Origin: an uncultured Tissierella sp.
GTDB taxonomy: Bacteria > Bacillota > Clostridia > Tissierellales > Tissierellaceae
NCBI GenBank assembly: GCA_964590735.1
Contig: CAZPZN010000002.1
Coordinates: 1 to 49,930, forward strand
Length of the DNA: 49,930 nucleotides
Direction: 5' to 3'
This document shows, in pieces, positions 1-11,585 of the stretch (the first letter of the stretch is position 1; each line of letters opens with the position of its first letter). The notes beneath the pieces were generated by a model that was not told where the DNA came from, made no database searches, and saw only the letters and a list, made by a program, of their open reading frames with translations. A program made the position numbers and the translations under genes.

Positions 1-401
1 AGGAGAATATAGAACTTAAGGATAAGATATCTTTATTAGCAGACCAGGTCAGACGTTTTAATACCATGGAAGAAACCTTGAAGAAAACCTTGATAGTGGC
101 TCAAACCACTGCAGATGAGGTTACGGTTGCAGCCAGACAAAAGGCAGAGAATATAAAAAGTGATGCTGAGTTAGAAGCAAAGAAACTTATCGATAAGGCG
201 CATGAAGATGTTAGGGATATAAAAAGAGAATATGATGAGTTAAAGAAGGAAATTTTTATATTCAAGACTAGGTATAAGTCTTTTTTAGAGGCACAACTGC
301 TTTCAGTGGATAGTTTTTATAATGAAATTGAAAAGGTAGATAATAATAAGCCACAAATAAGAGATAATTCACCTCTTGATCTTGAGGAAGAACTTGTATA
401 G
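1..401 (+). CDS. divIVA: DivIVA-family cell division protein, 5'-truncated by the window edge
   Basis: Frame is open from base 3 (ENIELKDKISLLADQVRRFNTMEETLKKTLIVAQTTADEV). The coiled-coil EETLKKTLIVAQ segment is typical of DivIVA. Lies upstream of lspA-rluD. Confidence 0.85.
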   Translation, partial: ENIELKDKISLLADQVRRFNTMEETLKKTLIVAQTTADEVTVAARQKAENIKSDAELEAKKLIDKAHEDVRDIKREYDELKKEIFIFKTRYKSFLEAQLLSVDSFYNEIEKVDNNKPQIRDNSPLDLEEELV

Positions 402-455
402 AAGAATTTTTTAATCCATGGGCATACTATGCTTAAATACTTTAAGGAGGCTACC

Positions 456-1067
456 ATGGATAGAGAAAAATTAGACCATTATAGAAGTGAGCTAATTCGT
501 GAAAAGATGAAAACCCTAAAAACTCTAAACAATATGGATAATATGGAAGAATACTCTAATATGGATAATTATCTAAATGAATTATCAAACTATGATAATC
601 ACCCAGGAGATCAAGGAACAGAAACTTTTATGAGGGAACAAGATGAAGGCTTTAAGAACCAACTTAAGGATATACTAGGTGAAATAGAGGACTCTCTTGA
701 GGATATAAAAAATGGAAGATTTGGGGTATGTAAAGTTTGTGATACTGAGATTCCAACAGGTCGTCTTGAAGTTATACCCTATGCCAAAACTTGTGGTAAG
801 TGTATGGAAGATAGTAACAGTGTCTCAGAAGATAAAATTTATGAATCAATAGATGATGATTATATAACAAAGAATAGCAACAATCCTGAAGAAATTGGAT
901 ATGATAGAGAGGATGTCTTACAAGATATTCTTGAGTTAGATATTGTACCTGGTGATCCATCCTTTTCTACAGGAGATTATATAGGTGTTTATAAAGATGA
1001 AGACGAGGAAGATATTAATAATATTGAGAACATTTCTCAGGAATATTATGAAAAAACACTTAAATAG
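456..1067 (+). CDS. YteA-family protein with DksA/TraR-type C4 zinc finger (sporulation-associated family)
   Basis: ELSNYDNHPGDQGTE motif, CKVC...RLEVIPYAKTCGKC zinc finger and acidic tail. AAGGAGG RBS favours ATG 456 over the ORF-track start at 429. Confidence 0.8.
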   Translation: MDREKLDHYRSELIREKMKTLKTLNNMDNMEEYSNMDNYLNELSNYDNHPGDQGTETFMREQDEGFKNQLKDILGEIEDSLEDIKNGRFGVCKVCDTEIPTGRLEVIPYAKTCGKCMEDSNSVSEDKIYESIDDDYITKNSNNPEEIGYDREDVLQDILELDIVPGDPSFSTGDYIGVYKDEDEEDINNIENISQEYYEKTLK

Positions 1068-1093
1068 CTTCTCTGAATATTCAGAGAAGTTTT
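1068..1093 (+). terminator. Intrinsic terminator after the YteA-like gene
   Basis: Perfect 22-bp palindrome CTTCTCTGAAT-ATTCAGAGAAG (1068-1089) followed by TTTT. Confidence 0.7.
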
Positions 1094-1176
1094 AATGTGG
1101 GAAATCCTAATATATTATCACCGTTAAGTATGAGATTTCTTGAATTATTATGAATAAATTATAGGGGGATAAGATC

Positions 1177-1635
1177 TTGCTTTTTATTATATTACCTGTT
1201 GTTATAATTATTTTGGACCAAATAACAAAGTCGCTAGCTGTAAAGTATCTATTTGGACAAGCTCCAATAGTAATTATTCCTGGACATTTTGAATTTAGGT
1301 TTGTTAAGAACTATGGTGCTGCTTTTGGAATACTACAGCAGAGAAGGGTTTTCTTTATTATTATTACTAGCTTAGTAATACTTTTTATCATTTATTTTCT
1401 TTACAAGAATTTTTCCAGTCTAAGTAATTTCGCAATATTTTCAATTGCCATGTTACTAGGCGGTGCAATTGGTAATTTTATAGATAGAGTTAGATTAGGA
1501 TATGTAGTAGATTTTATTAGGGTAAATCTTATAAAAAGCTATGATTTCCCTGTTTTCAATATAGCGGATATCTTTATCGTAGTAGGGACACTGTTTATAG
1601 TGGTGGTAATACTATTTGATAAACAAATAGCATAA
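1177..1635 (+). CDS. lspA: Lipoprotein signal peptidase (signal peptidase II)
   Basis: DQITK, NYGAAFG, GGAIGNFIDR, VVDF and FNIAD motifs. TTG start after an AGGGGG RBS. Confidence 0.95.
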   Translation: MLFIILPVVIIILDQITKSLAVKYLFGQAPIVIIPGHFEFRFVKNYGAAFGILQQRRVFFIIITSLVILFIIYFLYKNFSSLSNFAIFSIAMLLGGAIGNFIDRVRLGYVVDFIRVNLIKSYDFPVFNIADIFIVVGTLFIVVVILFDKQIA

Positions 1636-1646
1636 GGAGAAAATTT

Positions 1647-3173
<1,527 letters not shown>

Positions 3174-3186
3174 GAAAGGTAGAAAT

Positions 3187-4962
3187 TTAAATTTCTACCT
3201 TTTTAAGTTCCTGAATCCTCTGATTAGAAGGGTCTATTATAATTGTCTTAAAATTTTCGTAGATAACCATTCCAGTTTTTGCATTTTTGGGTTTCTTAAC
3301 ATTTTTTTTCTGAGTATAATCTACAGCAACATGATTTGAATTTTTCCCTTTACTAAAGAAGGCGGCTAAATTAGCTGCATCTTCAAGAGTGGATAAGGGT
3401 ACTTCTTTTCCTTCAGACTTTATAACAACATGACTTCCGGGCATATTTTGTACGTGGAGCCAGATATCCTCTTTATGAGCAAATTTCATTGTTAGATAGT
3501 CATTTTGTCTATTATTTTTTCCTACATAGATATTAAAATCATCACCGGATATATAATGTTGAGGTCTTGCTATCTCCTCTTTCTTTTTCTTCTTTTTCAT
3601 TTTGTTGCTAGCCTTTATATAGCCTTCTGTAATAAGTTCTTCTTTTATTTCATCCAATTCATAAATCTCTGAGGCGTTTTCAATACTAAGAAGTACATTC
3701 TCAAGATATTCTATTTCAGACTCAGTTTCAGGAATCTGTTCTAGAAGTAGATTGTTAGCATTCTTTAATTTAGAATATTTTTTATAATACCTTTGGGCAT
3801 TATCTACTGGAGATAACTTAATATCTAAAGGGATTAGTATTTCTTCCATGTTTTCATCATAGAAGTTTTCTAAATTTACTTCTTTTGACCCCCTATTAAT
3901 TCTATGAAGATTAGCTGATATCAAGTCTGCATAAATCTTATATTTTTCCCTATCCATACTTTCTAGGAGTTCTTCTTTTTGTTTTCCCAATTTACTTAGG
4001 GTTCTATCAAGTTTAACACCTATGGATTTTCTTATGGATTGAGATTTTTGACTAATTCTATCCAGCACATCCTTTTTTCTATAATATATATCAAGGACAT
4101 CAGAAATGCTGTCTAGATAATGTTTGTTTTCAGATCCAAATTGATCTAGTTCTAGACTATGGAAGGCTAATATTTCATTTTCATCTCTATTAGTAATATA
4201 TAGAGGAGTAAAATCTCCATTAATGATCTTTTCCATAAGATTTTTAAAGCTAGCATAGAGCTTTTGAATTTCGACCTCTGATATGCTCATGATAGTTCGG
4301 TCCAAATCAATGGATTCCAAACAGATTTCACGGCTTATTAGGGGGCTAAGGCCAAGATAGTTGAAATAGAAAAATTTATAGACAGCTGTATTTTTAGCTT
4401 GGTTTTCCATAAATTCATGGAATTCCTCATAATTTGTTTTCAATGGATTCTTCTTATCTTTTATTGGTGGATTCTCATAAATAGAATTAGGTAAAATTTG
4501 TCTTACTCTTGACATCTCATCAGTAACTCTTTTTATGGAATCAATGATCTTATAAGTTGCTTTATCCATTAGAATAATATTGCTGTGTTTACCCATGATT
4601 TCAATCACTAGTCTCTTTTCTGTAGGTTGCCCTAGTTCATCTTGAGCAGATATATCGATAAAGACAACTCTATCCATCTCATATTGTTCTATATTTAATA
4701 TAATTCCACCAGATATATGCTTTCTTAAGAGCATACAGAACATTGGTGGTGTAACAGGGTTTTTCTTAGACTTATTAGTAAGATAAATCCTTGGATTATT
4801 GCTAGAAGCTGACATTATTAATTTATAGTTAATTCCATTATTGTGAATAGATATAAATAGTTCATCTTTTTCAGGTTGATATATTTTATCTACTCGACCC
4901 CCAAGAATCGTAGAATTCAGTTCTCTTACAACAGCATTTGTTACTATACCATCAAACGACAT
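3187..4962 (-). CDS. rqcH: Ribosome quality-control factor RqcH (NEMF/Rqc2, FbpA/NFACT family)
   Basis: MSFDG start, GGRVDKIYQP, FCMLLRKH, EIMGKHSNIIL, NAQRYYKKYSK, GKNNRQND and WLHVQNMPGSHVV. Confidence 0.93.
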   Translation of the reverse strand: MSFDGIVTNAVVRELNSTILGGRVDKIYQPEKDELFISIHNNGINYKLIMSASSNNPRIYLTNKSKKNPVTPPMFCMLLRKHISGGIILNIEQYEMDRVVFIDISAQDELGQPTEKRLVIEIMGKHSNIILMDKATYKIIDSIKRVTDEMSRVRQILPNSIYENPPIKDKKNPLKTNYEEFHEFMENQAKNTAVYKFFYFNYLGLSPLISREICLESIDLDRTIMSISEVEIQKLYASFKNLMEKIINGDFTPLYITNRDENEILAFHSLELDQFGSENKHYLDSISDVLDIYYRKKDVLDRISQKSQSIRKSIGVKLDRTLSKLGKQKEELLESMDREKYKIYADLISANLHRINRGSKEVNLENFYDENMEEILIPLDIKLSPVDNAQRYYKKYSKLKNANNLLLEQIPETESEIEYLENVLLSIENASEIYELDEIKEELITEGYIKASNKMKKKKKKEEIARPQHYISGDDFNIYVGKNNRQNDYLTMKFAHKEDIWLHVQNMPGSHVVIKSEGKEVPLSTLEDAANLAAFFSKGKNSNHVAVDYTQKKNVKKPKNAKTGMVIYENFKTIIIDPSNQRIQELKKVEI

Positions 4963-4982
4963 AAGATTCCTCCATTAACTAG

Positions 4983-5092
4983 AATAAGAAAAGCTACTAA
5001 AATACCATTAGATGTAGCTTTTCTTGTTACTCATCTACGGAAAGCCACTTAGATTAAAGATTCAAAGTAGGTCTTTCCTGTTTGTAATAAAA
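4983..5092 (-). repeat. Intergenic repeat family 2, copy F, forming the rqcH 5' leader
   Basis: Minus strand TTTTATTACAAACAGGAAAGACCTACTTTGAA...CGTAGATGAGTAACAAGAAAAGCTACATCTAATGGTATTTTAGTAGCTTTTCTTATT. Matches 24235-24253 at 18/19 nt. Terminal inverted repeat at 4983-4997/5014-5028. Confidence 0.75.
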
Positions 5093-5094
5093 TA

Positions 5095-5123
5095 AGTATA
5101 ACACTAAGAAGAAGTCCATGCAA
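5095..5123 (-). promoter_or_regulatory. Sigma-A promoter for rqcH
   Basis: Minus strand TTGCAT-17 nt-TATACT with extended TG. Confidence 0.7.
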
Positions 5124-5391
5124 ATAGTAACTTAAGGGGATAAAAGGGCAAAATATTACGAAATATTCGATTAAATATTAAGAAGTCTTAATATTTAATA
5201 GTTTTTTATTTAATTATGTCTTATAATGATATTAGTATATTTCCATATTGTGAATAGGGTCAAGAAATATGGAAGCTTGCTATATTTTCTAATCAAACTA
5301 CAAAAGTATAGTAATAAATATTATTATACTTACTTATTGCTTATGTAATTTGATAATTAAGTAACATAATTAAAGATGAAGAGGTGGATTT

Positions 5392-6273
5392 ATGATTAGA
5401 AGTATGACTGGATATGGACGAGGTGAGGCTCAAAACGAATTATATAGATTTAAAGTTGAATTAAAGGCTGTAAATCACAGATATAATGATATTTTTGTGA
5501 AAATGCCTAGGCATATATCCTATCTTGAAGAAAGTATCAAAAAGATTATTAAAGAAAAGATAAGTAGGGGTAAGGTAGATGTTTATATCAATTTAGAATA
5601 TATTAATGAATCCTCAATTGATGTTAAAGTGGATATACCCCTTGCAAAATCATATAAAATAGCATTAGAAGAGCTAGTAGATGGTCTTGCACTAGAAGAC
5701 AATATTAGATTAAATAATATCTTGGGAATGCCAGAAGTAGTATCAACAGAGAGAAAGGAATTAGACGAGGATCTCATATGGTTATGTTTATCACAAGCTC
5801 TTCATATTGCATTGGATAATATATTAAAGATGAGAGAACTAGAAGGAAAAGAGTTGAAATCAGATATTCTAGATAAATTACACACTTTAGAAGAAATAGC
5901 TGATAAGGTAAAAGAAAGGTCTCCTCAAGTGGTTCTTGAATATAAGGATAAACTCAAGGAAAGGATAAGGGTCCTTTTAGAAGATAATGCATTATTGGAT
6001 GAAGATAGATTAAGTAGTGAAGTAGCTTTCTTTGCTGATAGATGTAGTATTGATGAGGAAATCGTAAGATTAGGGAGCCATATCAAACAGTTCAGAAATA
6101 TATTGGAGGAAAGTGAATCCATAGGTAGAAAGTTGGATTTTCTGACTCAAGAGTTAAATCGAGAGATTAATACCATTGGTAGCAAGGCTAATGATTTAGA
6201 GATTACAAGAAATGTTGTAAATATGAAGGCTGAAATAGAAAAGATACGGGAACAGATTCAAAATATTGAATAA
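5392..6273 (+). CDS. yloC: YicC/YloC-family endoribonuclease
   Basis: [32 protein letters not shown] and [21 protein letters not shown]. Confidence 0.93.
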   Translation: MIRSMTGYGRGEAQNELYRFKVELKAVNHRYNDIFVKMPRHISYLEESIKKIIKEKISRGKVDVYINLEYINESSIDVKVDIPLAKSYKIALEELVDGLALEDNIRLNNILGMPEVVSTERKELDEDLIWLCLSQALHIALDNILKMRELEGKELKSDILDKLHTLEEIADKVKERSPQVVLEYKDKLKERIRVLLEDNALLDEDRLSSEVAFFADRCSIDEEIVRLGSHIKQFRNILEESESIGRKLDFLTQELNREINTIGSKANDLEITRNVVNMKAEIEKIREQIQNIE

Positions 6274-6283
6274 TGGAGGTAGT

Positions 6284-6541
6284 ATGTCAATAAAATTAAT
6301 CAATATAGGGTTTGGAAATATTGTATCCGCTAATAGAATAATTTCTATTGTTAGTCCAGAATCTGCTCCTATAAAAAGAATGATACAGGAGTCAAGAGAC
6401 AAAGGTTTATTAATAGATGCAACCTATGGTAGGAGAACAAGGGCTGTTATAATTACAGATAGTGAACATCTTATCCTTGCAGCTGTTCAGCCTGAAACCA
6501 TAGCAAATAGGATAAATAACACAATAGAAACTAATGAATAA
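6284..6541 (+). CDS. remA: RemA/YlzA (DUF370) regulator
   Basis: [17 protein letters not shown] and [27 protein letters not shown] precedes ATG 6284. Confidence 0.9.
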   Translation: MSIKLINIGFGNIVSANRIISIVSPESAPIKRMIQESRDKGLLIDATYGRRTRAVIITDSEHLILAAVQPETIANRINNTIETNE

Positions 6542-6563
6542 AAGAGAAAGATGGTGGGTTAAT

Positions 6564-7178
6564 TTGTCAACAGGATTTTTATTAGTTATTTCAGGACCTT
6601 CGGGAAGTGGAAAGGGTACAGTTAGTCAAGAACTAATGAGCAAGAGAGATGATATAGTATTCTCAATTTCAGCAACCACAAGAAAACCCAGGCCTACAGA
6701 GATAAATGGCGAGAACTACTTCTTTCTTACTCATGAAGAGTTTGAAGAGATGGATGCACAGGGTGAGTTTTTGGAATCAGCTTTTGTGCATACCAATTAT
6801 TATGGAACACCGAAAGAATTCGTTTTGGAAGAAATTGAAAAAGGTGAGATAGTATTATTGGAAATAGATGTACAAGGTGCACTTCAAGTAAAGAAAAACT
6901 ATAAAAACGTTGTTTTTGTATTTTTACTTCCTCCGACTATGGATGAGCTGAGAAACAGGATAGTGAAAAGAGGCACAGAAACTGAAGAAGATATTAATAC
7001 CAGATTTGAAAACGCATTTAAAGAACTTGACTTCGTTGGAGAATATGATTATTTCGTGGTAAACGATGAAGTGAAAAATGCAGTAAAGGATATAGAGGCC
7101 ATTATTCATGCTGAGAGATTAAGGGTAAAGAGACAAAAGGATATAAAATTAAATGTAATGAAGCAAGGAGGAGAATAG
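6564..7178 (+). CDS. gmk: Guanylate kinase
   Basis: SGPSGSGKGT P-loop, SATTRKPR, YYGTP and EIDVQGA. Probable TTG start at 6564; the ORF track extends to 6534. Confidence 0.95.
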   Translation: MSTGFLLVISGPSGSGKGTVSQELMSKRDDIVFSISATTRKPRPTEINGENYFFLTHEEFEEMDAQGEFLESAFVHTNYYGTPKEFVLEEIEKGEIVLLEIDVQGALQVKKNYKNVVFVFLLPPTMDELRNRIVKRGTETEEDINTRFENAFKELDFVGEYDYFVVNDEVKNAVKDIEAIIHAERLRVKRQKDIKLNVMKQGGE

Positions 7179-7388
7179 ATGCTAAATCCGTCATTGATAA
7201 ATCTATTAGAAGATGGGGTAAGTAAATATACGTTGGTTGTAGCGGTATCAAAGAGAGCACGACAGCTTATAGATGGTTCTAGCCCAATGGTAGAAACTAT
7301 ATCTAATAAGCCTGTAACCATAGCTTTAGAAGAGCTTTTAGAAGGCAAACTAGAATATGAAAGTACTGATACTGCAGAAACTAAGTAG
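7179..7388 (+). CDS. rpoZ: RNA polymerase omega subunit
   Basis: MLNPS, SKYTLVVAVSKRARQL and KPVTIALEE. Follows gmk. Confidence 0.95.
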   Translation: MLNPSLINLLEDGVSKYTLVVAVSKRARQLIDGSSPMVETISNKPVTIALEELLEGKLEYESTDTAETK

Positions 7389-7393
7389 GTGAG

Positions 7394-8599
7394 ATGATGT
7401 TAGAGGGTAAGAATATATTATTAGGTGTTACAGGAGGAATTGCTGCTTATAAAGCAGCAGATTTAGTCAGTAGATTGGTCAAGCAAAAGGCCAATGTAGA
7501 TGTTATTATGACTGAAGGGGCAACTAAATTCGTTACACCACTAACCTTTCAAACAATGTCTGTAAATCAAGTTCATACTGAGATGTTCGGTCTTATTACC
7601 GACTTCGATGTAGAGCATATCTCACTAGCAAAAAAAGCAGATATTATACTTGTTGCGCCTGCAACTGCTAATACAATAGGAAAAATTGCCAATGGAATAG
7701 CTGATAATATGCTTACAACGGTAATAATGGCTTCCACTGCGAAGATCATTTTTGCCCCCGCAATGAATACTAATATGTACTGCAATCCAATAGTTCAAGA
7801 AAATATGAAGAAATTAGAAAAATTAGGTCATGAATTTATTGAGACAGGGATTGGTAGACTTGCCTGTGGGGATTATGGAGCTGGCAAGATGGCTGAACCT
7901 GCTGACATAGTTGACTATCTTATTGGAAGCTTTGTTAAAAAGGACCTAATAGGAAATAAAATAATTATTACGGCAGGACCTACTATGGAACCTTTGGATC
8001 CTGTAAGATATATAACCAATCATTCAAGTGGAAAAATGGGATATACGCTAGCTAAAAATGCTGTAGATAGGGGAGCAGAAGTAGTCTTAATAACAGGACC
8101 ATCAAATTTAGACCCACCTAAGAAAGCCAAGGTCATAAAAGTAAATACTACTCAGGATATGTTTAAAGCAGTTGGAGACTATTTTGAGACTTGTGACGTC
8201 CTAATTAAATCGGCAGCACCCCTTGATTATAGACCAGAGACAGTTAGTGGAGTAAAGATTAAGAAAAAAGATGATGATATATTAAAACTTAATTTGGTAA
8301 GAAATCAAGATATTGCAGCTTTTTATGGACAAAAGAAGAACAAGCAGATAATAGTAGGGTTTGCTGCTGAAACCAATAACCTATTGGAATATGCACTTGG
8401 AAAGTTGAAAAAGAAAAATTTTGATTTTATTGTTGCAAATGACGTAACTTCTCCTGGAGCAGGTTTTAAGGCCGATACCAATATAGCAACTATTATAAAT
8501 AAGGATGGTTCTACCGAAGACTATCCATTAATGGATAAAAGCCATCTTGCAGAGAAGATATTAGATAAGGTAAAAGAATTACTTGTTAAGGCTAGATAA
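7394..8599 (+). CDS. coaBC: Phosphopantothenoylcysteine decarboxylase / synthetase
   Basis: GVTGGIAAYKA, APATANTIGK, PAMNTNMY, LACGDYGAGK, DPVRYITNHSSGKMG and VGFAAET. Confidence 0.96.
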   Translation: MMLEGKNILLGVTGGIAAYKAADLVSRLVKQKANVDVIMTEGATKFVTPLTFQTMSVNQVHTEMFGLITDFDVEHISLAKKADIILVAPATANTIGKIANGIADNMLTTVIMASTAKIIFAPAMNTNMYCNPIVQENMKKLEKLGHEFIETGIGRLACGDYGAGKMAEPADIVDYLIGSFVKKDLIGNKIIITAGPTMEPLDPVRYITNHSSGKMGYTLAKNAVDRGAEVVLITGPSNLDPPKKAKVIKVNTTQDMFKAVGDYFETCDVLIKSAAPLDYRPETVSGVKIKKKDDDILKLNLVRNQDIAAFYGQKKNKQIIVGFAAETNNLLEYALGKLKKKNFDFIVANDVTSPGAGFKADTNIATIINKDGSTEDYPLMDKSHLAEKILDKVKELLVKAR

Positions 8600-8615
8600 T
8601 ATATCTAGCCTTTTT
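8588..8615 (+). terminator. Terminator-like hairpin overlapping the coaBC stop
   Basis: AAGGCTAGATA-ata-TATCTAGCCTT followed by TTT. Confidence 0.6.
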
Positions 8616-8632
8616 AGAAAGGGCATGATTCG

Positions 8633-11080
8633 ATGAAATATGCAGAAGTAATTATAGATAATAGAGCATCTTCAGTAGATAGACCATTTACCTATGCAAT
8701 CAATGCCTTCGAAGATATAGCAAAGGAAGGGATGCGTGTAGTAATTCCCTTTGGTAGAGGGAACAAGCCTATAAAAGGTTTTATCATTGGAATTATTGAC
8801 AAGCTTGATAATGATGAATATAAAGTTAAGAATATTTTAGATGTAATAGATACTAAGCCACTAGTCTCCAAGGAATTGATTAGCCTAGGGCTTTGGATGA
8901 AGGATAGATATTTAAGCCCATATTTAGATTCCCTTCAACCTATATTGCCACCTGGTGATTTTAAAGAAATTCAAATTTTTATTGAACTTAAGGATAATAA
9001 AGAATTATCCTATAATAATAATGAAAAAAAGATATTAGAATATCTTAAAATAAATGGAACGTCCAATTTAGAGGATATAAAAAGTAAATTAGATATAAGT
9101 AATATTAATCCGATAATCAAGAAGCTTGAAGATGATGAAATTATAGATATTATTATGGATATAAAGACGGTTATAAATAAGAAATATGAGAAGTGGGTAA
9201 AGGTTGAAGACCTGGATGGAGATAAAGGTCATGAAATAATTGGTGGGAGAAGCAAAAAACAATTATTAATCTATGATTATCTCTTAAAAGTAAAAGAAAT
9301 TCCAGTTAAAGAAATTTTAGCTGAATTATCTACTAGCTTAAGTACTTTAAGAAGCTTGGAAGAAAAAAACCTAATCTCTATATACGAAAAAGAAATCACT
9401 AGAAATCCATTAAGTCGAAGTATACCTAAGTATAATAAACATCTATTAAACCATCAACAATATCTAGTGTTTACTAATATTATGAAAAGCATTGATGAAG
9501 ATAGAGATGAAAATTTTCTTATCCATGGTATTACGGGAAGCGGAAAGACCGAAGTTTACTTACAATTAGTAGAAGAAATGCTAAGGATGAATAAGGATAC
9601 TATTATCCTAGTCCCAGAAATATCCTTAACCCCACAAACAATAGATAGATTTGTTGGTAGATTTGGAGAGGAAGTAGCGGTCCTTCATAGCAAGCTTAGT
9701 CAAGGGGAAAGGTTTGACCAGTGGAGAAGCATAAGAGAAGGAAAGGTTAAAATAGTTGTAGGTGCTAGATCGGCAGTATTTGCACCCTTTTCCAATTTGG
9801 GTTTGATTATTATAGACGAGGAACATGAAAATACTTACAAATCTTCTCAAAACCCAAAATATGATACGATAGAAGTTGCTTTGAAGAGAAACGAATTAGA
9901 AGGAGCTACAGTAGTAATGGGTACGGCAACTCCTTCAATGGAAACTTATTATAATTCACAGATAGGAAGATTTAAGCTACTAGAATTAAAGGAGAGAGCT
10001 ACTAGAGGTGAGCTTCCTGAAGTGGTATTAGTGGATATGAGATTAGAGCTAGTAAATGGAAATAAATCTATTTTTAGCTTGGAATTATATAATGAATTGA
10101 AAAGAAATCTTGAGAATAAAAAACAAACTATATTATTTTTAAATAGAAGGGGTTTTTCTACCTTTGTATCCTGTAGATCTTGTGGTTATGTAGCAAAATG
10201 TCATAATTGCGACATATCTATGACCTATCATAGAAACATAGATAAATTAAGGTGTCATTATTGTGGTGATACTGCAAATTCTCCAGAAATTTGTCCTTCT
10301 TGTGGTAGCAAATATATAAAATATTTTGGAATAGGTACTGAAAAGGTTGAAGAACAAACTAAAGACTTATTTCCAGATGCAAGAGTTGTTAGGATGGATA
10401 GCGATACTACTTCTGAAAAGGGTAGTTTTGATGAAATCTTGGAGCGGATGAAAAGAGGGGAAATAGATATCTTAATTGGAACTCAAATGATCTCAAAAGG
10501 ACTTGATTTTCCAAATGTTACTTTAGTAGGTATTATAGCTGCAGATACTACTCTTAATCTACCTGATTTTAGATCTCCAGAAAAGGCATTTCAGCTAGTA
10601 ACCCAGGTTGCTGGCAGATCAGGCAGAGGAGATTATCCTGGGAAGGTGATTTTACAGACCTATAACCCAGATCACTATAGTATTATATTTTCTAAGGATC
10701 AGGATTACAATAGCTTTTATAATATGGAGATAGGATTAAGAAAAGAATTCCTATATCCACCTTTTATAAATTTGATAAGTATACTTATTTATGGTGATAA
10801 TATTTCAAAGGTTAAAGAAAAAAGTCATAAATTATATGATATAATTAAGACATATATGCTTAATAATCATATAGATATAAGTAAATTCTTAATTGGCCCA
10901 AATCCTGCACCAATCGAAAAGATAAAGAGAAATTATCGATGGAATATTTTAATAAAGGCCAAGGACGATGAGATGGAAGGATTAAAGAGGCTTATACACA
11001 GGGTTTGTATATTAGATGAAGAAAAAATTAAAGAAGGGATTAAATTCAGCATTGATATTAATCCACAAACCATATTATAG
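8633..11080 (+). CDS. priA: Primosomal protein N' (replication restart helicase)
   Basis: GITGSGKTEVY, LVPEISLTPQ, DEEH, four CxxC zinc ligand pairs and QVAGRSGR. Confidence 0.96.
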   Translation: MKYAEVIIDNRASSVDRPFTYAINAFEDIAKEGMRVVIPFGRGNKPIKGFIIGIIDKLDNDEYKVKNILDVIDTKPLVSKELISLGLWMKDRYLSPYLDSLQPILPPGDFKEIQIFIELKDNKELSYNNNEKKILEYLKINGTSNLEDIKSKLDISNINPIIKKLEDDEIIDIIMDIKTVINKKYEKWVKVEDLDGDKGHEIIGGRSKKQLLIYDYLLKVKEIPVKEILAELSTSLSTLRSLEEKNLISIYEKEITRNPLSRSIPKYNKHLLNHQQYLVFTNIMKSIDEDRDENFLIHGITGSGKTEVYLQLVEEMLRMNKDTIILVPEISLTPQTIDRFVGRFGEEVAVLHSKLSQGERFDQWRSIREGKVKIVVGARSAVFAPFSNLGLIIIDEEHENTYKSSQNPKYDTIEVALKRNELEGATVVMGTATPSMETYYNSQIGRFKLLELKERATRGELPEVVLVDMRLELVNGNKSIFSLELYNELKRNLENKKQTILFLNRRGFSTFVSCRSCGYVAKCHNCDISMTYHRNIDKLRCHYCGDTANSPEICPSCGSKYIKYFGIGTEKVEEQTKDLFPDARVVRMDSDTTSEKGSFDEILERMKRGEIDILIGTQMISKGLDFPNVTLVGIIAADTTLNLPDFRSPEKAFQLVTQVAGRSGRGDYPGKVILQTYNPDHYSIIFSKDQDYNSFYNMEIGLRKEFLYPPFINLISILIYGDNISKVKEKSHKLYDIIKTYMLNNHIDISKFLIGPNPAPIEKIKRNYRWNILIKAKDDEMEGLKRLIHRVCILDEEKIKEGIKFSIDINPQTIL

Positions 11081-11094
11081 GAGGAAAGAAATAA

Positions 11095-11580
11095 ATGGCA
11101 TTAAGAGAAATTAGGCTTGATGGTGATCCTATTCTTAGGAAAACATCAAAGGAGATTACAGAAATTAATGATAGAATTAAGGTATTATTAGATGACATGG
11201 TGGAAACCATGATAGATGCCAATGGAGTAGGACTAGCAGCCCCACAGATAGGTGTTCTAAGAAGAGCTATAGTTGTTGATATTGGCGATAGTCCTATTAA
11301 GGCCATTAATCCTGAAATAATTGAACAAGACGGAGAAATTACTGATTTGGAAGGGTGTTTATCGGTACCAGGCTATTCTGGAACAGTTCAACGTCCTGAA
11401 AGTATTAAAGTAAAGTTTATGGATGAAAATGGTGATAGTAAAGTTATAGAGGCAAAAGGACTTGCTGCTAGAATATTTTGTCATGAAATCGACCATTTAG
11501 ATGGAATTTTATACACAGATAAAGCATTAGAAGTCCTTGAAAACAAGGATTTAGAAGAGGAAGAAGTAGACGAGGAGTAG
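11095..11580 (+). CDS. def: Peptide deformylase
   Basis: GVGLAAPQIG, EGCLS and HEIDHLDG. Confidence 0.96.
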   Translation: MALREIRLDGDPILRKTSKEITEINDRIKVLLDDMVETMIDANGVGLAAPQIGVLRRAIVVDIGDSPIKAINPEIIEQDGEITDLEGCLSVPGYSGTVQRPESIKVKFMDENGDSKVIEAKGLAARIFCHEIDHLDGILYTDKALEVLENKDLEEEEVDEE

Positions 11581-11585
11581 ATTTA

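Noticed and set aside
396-431. Sigma-F/G promoter for the YteA-like gene (GGCATACTA)
   Set aside because: The -10-like word is present but no correctly spaced -35 could be identified.
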